NCBI GenBank assembly: GCA_038087875.1 | Contig: JAXLNO010000555.1 | Span: 62,001 to 121,146, forward strand | Length of the DNA: 59,146 bases | Reading direction: 5' to 3' | DNA from: Malacoraja senta | Lineage: Eukaryota | In this document: piece by piece, positions 11,688 to 23,342 of the stretch | Position numbering within the stretch: position 1 is the stretch's first letter | How the letters are laid out: each line of letters opens with the position of its first letter | The notes under the pieces: model-generated | Told to the model about the DNA's origin: nothing | Database searches by the model: none | The model's input: the letters and a program-made list of their open reading frames with translations, nothing else | Program-made: the position numbers and the translations under genes

Positions 11688-13139
11688 CTGTCGGAATACC
11701 AAACTCGCTTACTCAGAGATGACTATTGCTTCATTCCTCACCCGCACTATCTTCTAAAGTGGTAATCATACCGATTTTCATATCAGTGCATTGGGATGAA
11801 TGCCAATCTTTTGTGGAAATAAAGAGAAATGGTTCCACTAATTTGTATTGATTCCAAACACATTTGAAATACAGAAGCATCTAAAGGCAACAAAGACAAA
11901 AATATACTTTTCCTCTGGTTTTGTAAATTTTATATGAAAGGTAGATAATAAAAGTCATTGGAATCTGCCTGCAAATATATGAACAGATAGAATAATCTGA
12001 TCTTTTATTATGCATCACCCCAGAGAAATCTGTCTATCTTGGAACAAAATGAAATATTTCCAATGAACTGAAGTGCAAATGCCCTTATTTTTAAGCTTTT
12101 TTTTCATTGTTTCTTGTAGTATCTGCTTAATTCTTATTTTCCAAATTAACTTCCATAAAACACGCCATCTCATCATTGTGGTGAGTGGGAACATGAAAAT
12201 CAAGTTTCTCATCTCAAACCATACCTCAGTGACTTGTCCTTCTGTGGTTACCAAAAGCTTTAGTACATCCTCTGTTCATGAAAGATGCTAAATAAATACC
12301 AGCCCTTCAACATTTTCACATACATTTATGGCATGCATGAAATGGCAGAAACATCATGTGCCTTGTGCACTGCTATGGGTGAATTTTTCAATGCCTTTGA
12401 ATTGGGATGTGTGCCAAAGAAGTTATCGTTATATTCAATGAACATGACAAATAATTCAGGATTTAAAAACTACAACCATCTTTACTCTTTCATCTTAGTC
12501 TCCATTTTCTGTACTATTCCACAGCCAGAAGTCAATTTTGTCAGATGAAGCATATGATTTCCATTTATGGAGGCAGTAAATTTGAATTGCTTCAGTTAAC
12601 ATCTGACAAGTGTCAAGTGACTGTCAGTGTTAAGTTACAATGTTCTACATCAGAATGTAACATTCAGGCCATGGTTATGAATGCATGCATTATCACACTG
12701 AGGTCTAACAACTCGGATGTTGCCCTCTGTTTGAGGTGAATATTACACCCTATCTATATTACTAAAAGTCTCCTCTTGACCACTTCCTGTTTGCACTGCA
12801 TATTGATATTCGAAACAATGCTACCACTTACGGCTGTGATTTTTGGCCATCTTACTCAGAGTCCACATCCGCTGGGCAGGACGAGAGGATTTTTCATATC
12901 GATGAAAAATAAAAGACCTATTAATGTTTTAAAAATGTTGAGATTCTCTCTCTTGTCAATCACATCACGAAGGCCACGCCGCTTCCGGTGGAAGGGGGAG
13001 GGGCTATAAATCCCGGAAGTGTTGAGTGCCTCAGTCTCTGCAAGATGGGGGAGCGAGAGGGTCACGTCTCTCAGTCTGAGCTGTGAATAACACTGAACAC
13101 ATGTCTACTAAACTGTGAGTGCCCTTAATGTGGTTTGTA

Positions 13140-13500
13140 AATGTAGTTTGAAAATGCAGTTTGAAAATGTAAAAGTGTTTGATGGTTTGAAAATGCTAAA
13201 TTGTTGGTTGCTTTGAAAATGCTAAACTGTTGGTTGCTTTGCAAATGCTAAAGTGTTGGTTGCTTTGAAAATGTTAAAGTTTTGGTTGCTTTGATAATGC
13301 TAAAGTGTTGCTTGCTTTGAAAATGCTAACGTGTTGCTTGCTTTGAAAATGCTAAAGTGTTGCTCGCTTTGAAAATGCTAAAGTCTTGCCACTTTGAACA
13401 TGCTAAAGTCTTGCTCACTTTGAACATGTTAAAGTGTTGTTCGCTTTGAACATGCTAAAGTGTTGCTCGTTTTAAACATGCCAAAGCGTTGCTCGCTTAA
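13140..13500 (+). repeat. 26-bp minisatellite (TTTGAAAATGCTAAAGTGTTGGTTGC)x~13
   Basis: Tandem unit visible directly, with sequence drift along the array. Confidence 0.9.
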
Positions 13501-16417
13501 GAAAATGGAAAAGAGGTTTTAGCACGATGGGAAATGGAAAAGTAGTTTTTGACCAATGGAAAATGGAAAAGTGTTTTTTGACTGAAGGAAGAAGGAAAAT
13601 GGAAAAGCGGTATTTGCCCGATGGTAAATGGAAAAGTGTTTTTTGCCCAATGGAGAATGGAAAAGTGTTTTTTGCCCGATGGAAAATGGGAAAAGTGGTT
13701 TTTGCCCGATGAAAAATGGAAAAGTCGTTTTTGCCCGATGGAAAATGGAAAAGTGGTTTCTGCCCGATGGTAAATGGAAAAGTGGTATTTGCCCCAATGG
13801 AAAATGGAAATGTCGTTTTTGCCCGATGGAATATGGAAATTTGGTTTTCGCCCGGTGGAAAATGGAAAAGTGGTACTCGCCCGATGGAAAATGGAAATCT
13901 GGTTTTCACCCGATGGAAAATGGAAAAGTGGTTTTTGCCTGATGGAAAATGGAAAAGTGTTTTTTGCCCGATCGAAAATGGAAAAATGTTTTCGCCCGAT
14001 GGAAAATGGAAATGTGTTTTTTTAACGATGGAATATGGAAATGTGTTTTTTGCCCGGTTGAGAATGGAAAAGTGTTTTTCACCGAATGGAAAATGGAAAT
14101 GTGTTTTTTTAACGATGGAATATGGAAATGTGGTTTTTGCCCGGTAGAAAATGGAAAAGTGGTTTCTGTCCGATGGAGAATAGAAAAATGTTTTTTGCCC
14201 GATGGAAAATTGAAAAGTGGTTTTTGCCCAAAGGCAAATAGAAAAGTGTTTTTTGCCCAATGTCAAATGGAAAAGTGTTTTTTGCCTGATGGAAAATGGA
14301 AAAGTGTTTTTTGCCTGATGGAAAATGGAAAAGTGTTTTTTCCCCAATGGAAAATGGAAATGTCGTTTTTGCCCGATGGAATATGGAAATTTGGTTTTCG
14401 CCCGGTGGAAAATGGAAAAGTGGTACTCGCCCGATGGAAAATGGAAATCTGGTTTTCGCCCGATGGAAAATGGAAAAGTGGTTTTTGCCTGATGGAAAAT
14501 GGAAAAGTGGTTTTTGCCCGATGGAAAATGGAAAAGAGTTTTTTGCCCGATGGAAATGGAAATCTGTTTTTTGCCCGATGGAGAATGGAAAAGTGGTTTT
14601 CACCGAATGGAACATGGAAATGTGTTTTTTTAACGATGGAATATGGAAATGTGTTTTTTCCCTGGTGGAAAATGGAAAAGTGGTTTCTGCCCGATGGAGA
14701 ATAGAAAAATGGTTTTTGCCCGATGGAAAATTGAAAAGTGGTTTTTGCCCAAAGGCAAATGGAAAAGTGGTTTTCCCCCAATGGAAAATGGAAATGTGGT
14801 TTTTGCCCGATGGAATATGGAAATGTGGTGTTTGCCCGGAAGTAAATGGAAAAGTGGTTTTCACCCGATGGAAAATGGAAATCTGGTTTTCGCTCGATGG
14901 AAAATGGAAATGTGGTATTCGCCGATAGCAAATGGATAAGTGTTTTTTGCCCAATTGCAAATGGATAAGTGGTTTTTGCCCAATGGCAAAAGGAAAAGTG
15001 AATTTTCCTCGATAGAAAATGGAAAAGTGTTTTTTGACCGATGGAAAATGGAAATGTGGTTTTAGTCCAATGGCAAAAGGATAAGAGGTTTTTGACCAAT
15101 GGCAAATGAAAAAGTGTTTTTTGCCCGACGGAGAATGGAAAAGTGGTTTTTGCCCGATGGAGAATGGAAACGTGTTTTTTGCCTGATGAAAAATGGAAAA
15201 GTCGTTTTTGCCCGATCGCAAATGGAAACGTGTTTTTTGCCCGATGGAAAATGGAAAAGTGTTTTTTTGCCTGGGAAATTGGAAATATGGTTTTCGTCCA
15301 ATGGCAAAAGGATAAGTGGTTTTTGCCCGATGGCAAACGGAAAAGTGTTTTTTGCCTGATGGAAAATGGAAAAGTGGTTTTTGACCCATGGAAAATGGAA
15401 ATGTGGTTTTCGCCCAATGGAAAATGGTAAAGTGGTTTTCACCCGATGCAAAATGGTAAAGTGGTTTTCGCCCGATGGAAAATGGAAAAGTGTTTTTTGC
15501 CCGATGGAAAATGGAAAAGTGGTTTTCCCCGATGGAAAATGGTAAAGAGGTTTTCGCCCGATGGAAAATGGAAAATGGAAAAGTGTTTTTTACCCAATGG
15601 AGAATGGAAAAATGGTTTTTGCCTGATGGAAAATGGAAAAGTGGTTTTTGCCCAATGGCAAAAGGGTAAGTGGTTTTTGCCCGATGGCAAATGGAAAAGT
15701 GGTTTTTGCCTGATGGAAAATGGAAAAGTTGTTTTTGCCTGATGGAAAATGGAAATGTGGTTTTCCCCCAATGGAAAATGGAAATGTGGTTTTTGCCCGA
15801 TGGAATATGGAAATGTGGTTTTAGCCCGATGGAATATGGAAATTTGGTTTTCGCCCGGTGGAAAATAGAAAAGTGGTACTCGCCCGATGCAAAATGGTAA
15901 AGTGGTTTTCGCCCGATGGAAAATGGAAAATGGAAAAGTGGTTTTTACCCGATGGAGAATGGAAAAATGTTTTTTGCCTGATGGAAAATGGAAAAGTGGT
16001 TTTTGCCCAATGGCAAAAGGGTAAGTGGTTTTTGCCCAATGGAAAATGGAAATGTGGATTTTGCCCGATGGAATATGGAAATGTGGTTTTAGCCCAGTGG
16101 AAAATGGAAAAGTGGTTCTCGCCCGATGGAAAATGGAAATCTGGTTTTCGCCCGATGGAAAATGGAAAAGTGGTTTTTGCCTGATGGAAAATGGAAAAGT
16201 GTTTTTTGCCCGATGGAAAATGGAAAAAATGTTTTCGCTCGATGGAAAATGAAAAAGTGTTTTTTGCCCGATGGAAAATGGAAATGTGGTTTACACCCGA
16301 TGGCAAATGGAAAAGTGGTTTTCGCCTGATGGCAGATGGAAATGTGGTTTTCGCCCAATGGAAAATGGAAAAGTGTTTTTTGCCAGATGGCAAATGGATA
16401 AGTGGTTTTTGCCCAAT

Positions 16418-16665
16418 CCATTCTCTTTCTCTTTCTACTTCTTCTTCTTTCTACTTTCTTTTCTCGGGCAATCTTTCTATTTCACACAACACTCTATGTC
16501 AATCTCTTCTTTTCTCCCTTTCTCCCTTACTCCTGCATTATTATTAAATTAAAAATAAGAAGTTGTATATGAAATGTAATATGTCAACAAGTATTAGGTA
16601 TTGTGGTACCACATTATTGTACCTACTTCTAACCAAAATAAATAAATAACTAAATTTAAAAAAAA
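16418..16665 (+). mobile_element. Short poly(A)-tailed retroelement 3' end (L1/Tx1-like) inserted in the satellite
   Basis: Pyrimidine tract, AATAAA and A-tail, inserted between GCCCAAT and GGAAAATGG of one monomer. Confidence 0.65.
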
Positions 16666-19600
16666 GGAAAATGGAAATATGTTTTTGTCCAATGGCAAAA
16701 GGATAAGTGGTTTTTGCCCGATGACAAATGGAAAAGTGTTTTTTGCCCGAAGGAAAATGGAAAAGTGCTTTTTGCCCGATGGAAAATGGAAAAGTAGTTT
16801 TTGCCAGATGGAAAATGGAAACATGGTTTTCGTCCAATGGCGAATGGATAAGTGTTTTTTCCCAATGGCAAATGGAAAAGTGTTTTTTGCCCGATGGCAA
16901 ATGGAAAAGTGGTGTTTGCCCCATGGAAGAACAGAAAAGTGGTTTCTGCCCGATAGAAAATGGAAAAAGTTTTTTTTGCCCGATGGAAAATGGAAAAGTG
17001 GTTTTCACCCAATGGAAAATGGAAATGTGGTATTTGCCCGATGGAATATGGAAAAGGGGTTTTCGCCCGGTGGAAAATGGAAAAATGGTTTTCGCCCAAT
17101 GGAGAAAGGAAAAGTGTTTTTTGCCTGATGAAAAATGGAAAAGTGTTTTTTGCCCGATGGAAAATGGAAAAGTGTTTTTTGCCTGACGGAAATGGAAATA
17201 TGGTTTTCGTCCAATGGCAAAAGGATGTGGTTTTTGCCCGATGGCAAAAGGAAAAGTCTTTTTTGCCCGATGGAAAATGGAAAAGTGGTTTTTGCCCGAT
17301 GGAAAATGGAAATGTGGTTTTCGTCCAATGGCATAAGGATAAGTGGTTTTTACCCGATGTCAATCGGAAAAGTGGTTTTGCCCGATGGAAATTGGAAAAG
17401 TGTTTTTTGCCCGATGGAAAATGGAAATGTGGTTTTCGTCCAATGACAAAAGGATAAGTGGTTTTTGCCCGATGGCAAACGGCAAAGTGTTTTTGCCCGA
17501 TGGAAAATGGAAAAGTGATTTTTGCCCAATGGAAAATGGAAATGTGGTTTTCTCCCGATGGAAAATGGTAATGTGGTTTTCGCCCGATGCAAAATGGTAA
17601 TGTGGTTTACGCCTGATTGCAAATGGAAAACTGGTTTTCGCCCGATCGAAAATGGAAATGTGGTTTTCGCCCGATGGAAAATGGAAATGTGTTTTTTTTC
17701 CCGACGGAGAATGGAAAAGTGTTTTTTGCCCGATGGAAAATGGAAAAGTGGTTTTTGCCCGATGGAAAATGGAAAAGTCGTTTTTGCCCGATGGAAAATG
17801 GAAATGTGGTTTTCTGCCGATGGAAAATGGTAAAGTGGTTTTCGCCCGATGGAAAATGGATCAGTGGTTTTTGCCCGATGGCAAATGGATAAGTGGTTTT
17901 TGCCCGATGGCAAATGGATAAGTGGTTTTTGCCCAATGGCAAATGGAAAAGTGTTTTTTGCCCGATGGCAAATGGAAAAGTGGTTTTTGCCCGATGGGAA
18001 ATGGAAAAGTGGTTTTTGCCCGATGGAAAATGGAAATGTGTTTTTTGCCTGATGGAAAATGGAAAAGTGGTTTTTGCCCGATGGAAAATGGAGAAGTGGT
18101 TTTCCCCAATGGAAAATGGAAATGTGGTTTTTGCCCGATGGAAAAATGGAAATGTGGGTTTCGCCCGATGCAAAATGGTGATGTGGTTTTCACCTGAAGG
18201 AAAATGGAAAAGTGGTTTTTGCCTGATGGAAAATGGAAAAGTGGTTTTTGCCCGATGGAAAATGGAAAAATGTTTTTTGCACGATGGAACATGGAAAAAT
18301 GTTTACTCCAGATAGAAAATGGAAAAGTGTTTTTTGCCTGATGGAAAATGGAAAATTGTTTTTTGCCCGATAGAAATGGAAAGATGTTTTTTGCCCGATG
18401 GAAAATGGAAATGTGGTTTTCACCCAATGGAAAATGGAAATTAGGTTTTTGCCCGATGGATTATGGAAATGTGGTTTTCGCCCGGAGGCAAATGGAAAAG
18501 TGGTTTTCACCCGATGGAGAATGGAAAGTGGTTATCGCCCGATGGAAAAAGGAAAAGTGGTTTTTGCCCGATGGAAAATGGAAAAGTGTTTTTTGCCCGA
18601 TGGAAAATGGAAATGTGTTTTTTGCCCGATGGAAAATGGAAATGCGATTTTCGCCCAGTGGAAAATGGAAAAGTGGTTTTTGCCCGATGGAAAATGGAAA
18701 TTTGGTTTTTGCCTGATGGAAAATGGAAAAGTGTTTTTTGCCCGATGGAAAATGGAAAAGTGGTTTTCCCCCAATAGAAAATGGAAAAGTGGTTTTTTCC
18801 CGATGGAATATGGAAATGTGGTTTTCATACGGTGGAAAATGGAAAAGTGGTTCTCGCCCGATGGTAAATGGAAATCTGGTTTTTGACCGATGGAAAATGG
18901 AAAAGTGTTTTTTGCCCGATGGAGAATGGAAAAGTGTTTTTTTGCCCGATGGAAGATGGATAAGTGTTTTTTCAAGATGGCAAATGGAAAATGGAAGTGA
19001 TTTTTGCCCAATGGAAAATGGAAAAGTGGTTTTTGCCCGATGGAAAATGGAAATGTGGTTTTTGCCCGATGGAAAATGGAAATGCGATTTTTGCCCAGTG
19101 GAAAATGGAAAAGTGGTTTTCGCCCGATGGAAAATGGAAATGTGGTTTTCGCCCGATGGAAAATGGAAATGTGTTTTTTTTCCCGACGGAGAATGGAAAA
19201 GTGTTTTTTGCCCGATGGAAAATGGAAAAGTGGTTTTTGCCCGATGGAAAATGGAAAAGTCGTTTTTGCCCGATGGAAAATGGAAATGTGGTTTTCTGCC
19301 GATGGAAAATGGTAAAGTGGTTTTCGCCCGATGGAAAATGGATCAGTGGTTTTTGCCCGATGGCAAATGGATAAGTGGTTTTTGCCCGATGGCAAATGGA
19401 TAAGTGGTTTTTGCCCAATGGCAAATGGAAAAGTGTTTTTTGCCCGATGGCAAATGGAAAAGTGGTTTTTGCCCGATGGCAAATGGAAAAGTGGTTTTTG
19501 CCCGATGGAAAATGGAAATGTGGTTTTTGCCCGATGGAAAATGGAGAAGTGGTTTTCCCCAATGGAAAATGGAAATGTGGTTTTTGCCCGATGGAAAAAT

Positions 19601-21654
19601 GGAAATGTGGGTTTCGCCCGATGCAAAATGGTGATGTGGTTTTCACCTGAAGGAAAATGGAAAAGTGGTTTTTGCCTGATGGAAAATGGAAAAGTGGTTT
19701 TTGCCCGATGGAAAATGGAAAAATGTTTTTTGCACGATGGAACATGGAAAAATGTTTACTCCAGATAGAAAATGGAAAAGTGTTTTTTGCCTGATGGAAA
19801 ATGGAAAATTGTTTTTTGCCCGATAGAAATGGAAAAATGTTTTTTGCCCGATGGAAAATGGAAATGTGGTTTTCACCCAATGGAAAATGGAAATTAGGTT
19901 TTTGCCCGATGGATTATGGAAATGTGGTTTTCGCCCGGAGGCAAATGGAAAAGTGGTTTTCACCCGATGGAGAATGGAAAGTGGTTATCGCCCGATGGAA
20001 AAAGGAAAAGTGGTTTTTGCCCGATGGAAAATGGAAAAGTGTTTTTTGCCCGATGGAAAATGGAAATGTGTTTTTTGCCCGATGGAAAATGGAAATGCGA
20101 TTTTCGCCCAGTGGAAAATGGAAAAGTGGTTTTTGCCCGATGGAAAATGGAAATTTGGTTTTTGCCTGATGGAAAATGGAAAAGTGTTTTTTGCCCGATG
20201 GAAAATGGAAAAGTGGTTTTCCCCCAATAGAAAATGGAAAAGTGGTTTTTTCCCGATGGAATATGGAAATGTGGTTTTCATACGGTGGAAAATGCAAAAG
20301 TGGTTCTCGCCCGATGGAAAATGGAAATCTGGTTTTTGACCGATGGAAAATGGAAAAGTGTTTTTTGCCCGATGGAGAATGGAAAAGTGTTTTTTGCCCG
20401 ATGGAAGATGGATAAGTGTTTTTTCAAGATGGCAAATGGAAAATGGAAGTGATTTTTGCCCAATGGAAAATGGAAAAGTGGTTTTTGCCCGATGGAAAAT
20501 GGAAATGTGGTTTTTGCCCGATGGAAAATGGAAATGCGATTTTTGCCCAGTGGAAAATGGAAAAGTGGTTTTCGCCCGATGGAAAATGGAAATTTGGTTT
20601 TTGCCTGATGGAAAATGGAAAAGTGTTTTTTGCCCGATGGAAAATGGAAAAGTGTTTTTCCCCCAATGGAAAATGGAAATGTGGTTTTTGCCCGATGGAA
20701 TATGGAAATGCAGTTATCGCACGGTGGAAAATGGAAAAGTGGTTCTCGCCCGATGGAAAATGGAAATCTGGTTTTTGCCCGATTGAAAATGGAAAAGTGT
20801 TTTTTGCCTGATGGAAAATGGAAAAGTGTTTTTTGCCCGATGGAGAATGGAAAAGTGGTTTTGCTCGATTGAAAATGGAAAAGTGGTTTTTGCCTGATGG
20901 AAAATCAAAATATGGTTTTTGTCTAATGGCGAATGGTTAGTGTTTTTTCCCAATGGCAAATGGAAAAGTGATTTTTGCCCGATGGCAAATGGAAGAGGTT
21001 TTTGCCCGATGGATGAATGGAAAAGTGGTTTATGCCCGATAGAAAATGGAAAAGTGTTTTTTTCCCGATGGAAAATGGAAAAGTGGTTTTCGCCCGATGC
21101 AAAATGGTAAAGTGGTTTTCGCCCGATGGAAAATGGAAAAGTGTTTTTTGCCCGATGGAAAATGGATAAGTGTTTTTTGCCCAATGGAAAATAGAGATGT
21201 GGTTTTTGCCCGATGGAAAATGGAAAAGTGTTTTTTGTCCGATGGAAAATGGAAAAGTCGTTTTTGCCCGATGGAAAATGGAAAAATGGTTTTTGCCCGA
21301 TGGAAAATGAAAAAGTGATTTATGCCTGATGGAAAAGGAAAAAATGATTTTTGCCCGATGGAAAAGGGAAAAGTGTTTTTTGCCCGATGGCAAATGGAAA
21401 AGTGTTTTTTTGCCCGATGGCCAATGGATAAGTGGTTTTTGCCCGATGGAGAATGGAAAAGTGTTTTTTGCCCGATGGAAAATGGAAAAGTGTTTTTTTA
21501 CCCGATGGAAAATGGAAAAGTGTTTTTTGCCTGATGGAAAATGGAAATATGGTTTTCCTCCAATGGCAAATGGATGTATTTTTTCCAGATGGCAAATGGA
21601 AAAGTGTTTTTTGCCTGATTGAGGGGGGGAGGGACTATAAAACCCGGATGTGTT

Positions 21655-21925
21655 GAAATGCTTGAAATGGTGTGAAACTGCACTTGAATTTGATGGCCTT
21701 GCACCCTGCTTGGAATGATAGGAAACTGCACCTGAAATTGGTGGCCTTGCACCCTGTTTGAAATTGTATGAAACTGCACTTGAATTTGGTGGACTTGCAC
21801 CCTGCTTGAAATGGAAGGAAACTGAACTTGAGTTTGGGTGCCTTGCACCCTGCTTGAAGTGGTATGAAATGGTACTAGGGTTTGGTGGCATGGCACCCTG
21901 CTTGATGTGGTATGAATCTGCACTT
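21655..21925 (+). repeat. 48-bp repeat, ~5-6 units (duplicated block)
   Basis: Unit TGCACCCTGCTTGAAATGGTATGAAACTGCACTTGAATTTGGTGGCCT. Confidence 0.9.
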
Positions 21926-22904
21926 TTTTGCCCGATGGAAAATGGAAATGTGTTTTTTGCCCGATGGAAAATGGAAATTTGGTTTTTGCCTGATGGAAAA
22001 TGGAAAAGTGTTTTTTGCCCGATGGAAAATGGATAAGTAGTTTTTGCCCAATGGAAATTGGAAATGTGTTTTTTCCCCGATGGCCAATGGATAAGTAGTC
22101 TTTGCCCGATGGAGAATGGATAAGTGTTTTTTGCCCGATGGAAAATCGATAAGTGTTTTTTCAAGATGGCAAATGGAAAATGGAAAAGTGTTTTTTGCCC
22201 AATGGAAAATGGAAAAGCGTTTTTTGCCCAATGGAAAATGGACATGTGTTTTTTGTCCGATGGAAAATGGAAATGCGATTTTCGCCCAGTGGAAAATGGA
22301 AAAGTGGTTTTCGCCCGATGGAAAATGGAAATCTGATTTTTGCCTGATGGAAAATGGAAATGTGGTTTTTGCCTGATGGAGAATGGAAAAGTGTTTTTTT
22401 GCCCGATGGAGAATGGAAAGTGTTTTTTGCCCGATGGAGAATGGAAAAGTGTTTTTGCCCTATGGAAAATGGAAAAGTGTTTTTTGTCCGATGGAAAATG
22501 GAAAAGTCATTTTTGCCCGATGGAAAATGGAAAAATGGTTTTTGCCCGATGGAAAATGAAAAAGTGATTTATGCCTGATGGAAAAGGAAAAAATGATTTT
22601 TGCCCGATGGAAAAGGGAAAAGTGTTTTTTGGCCGATGGCAAATGGAAAAGTGTTTTTTTGCCCGATGGCCAATGGATAAGTGGTTTTTGCCCGATGGAG
22701 AATGGAAAAGTGTTTTTTGCCCGATGGAAAATGGAAAAGTAGTTTTTGCCCGATGGAAAATGGAAAAGTGTTTTTTGCCTGATGGAAAATGGAAATATGG
22801 TTTTCCTCCAATGGCAAATGGATGTGTTTTTTCCAGATGGCAAATGGAAAAGTGTTTTTTGCCTGATGGAGGGGGGGAGGGACTATAAAACCCGGATGTG
22901 TTGA

Positions 22905-23342
22905 AATGCTTGAAATGGTGTGAAACTGCACTTGAATTTGATGGCCTTGCACCCTGCTTGGAATGATAGGAAACTGCACTTGAAATTGGTGGCCTTGCAC
23001 CCTGTTTGAAATTGTATGAAACTGCACTTGAATTTGGTGGACTTGCACCCTGCTTGAAATGGAAGGAAACTGCACTTGAGTTTGGGTGCCTTGCACCCTG
23101 CTTGAAGTGGTATGAAACGGTACTAGGGTTTGGTGGCATGGCACCCTGCTTGAAGTGGTATGAAACTGCATTTGAATATGGTGGCCTTGCACCCTGGTTG
23201 CAGTGGTATGAAAATGCACTTGAATTTGGTGGCCTTGCACCCTGCTTGAAATGGTATGAAACTGCATTTGAATTTGGTGGCCTTGCACCCTGGTTGAAGT
23301 GGTATGAAACTGCACTTGTATTTGGTGGCCTTGCACCCTGCT
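22905..23342 (+). repeat. 48-bp repeat, ~9 units
   Basis: Same unit, seen as 16-aa periodicity in the ORF track (ALEFGGLAPCLKWYET). Confidence 0.92.

Larger units (their letters stand above)
13501..22870 (+). repeat. 29-bp satellite (GATGGAAAATGGAAAAGTGGTTTTTGCCC)x~300
   Basis: Continuous head-to-tail array, interrupted at 16418-16665 and ~21620-21925. Confidence 0.97.

Noticed and set aside
13501..22870. CRISPR-like array or CENP-B-box centromeric satellite
   Set aside because: The units are head-to-tail with no unique spacers and no cas genes. TTCGCCCGATGGAAA matches only the first half of the CENP-B box and lacks CGGG.
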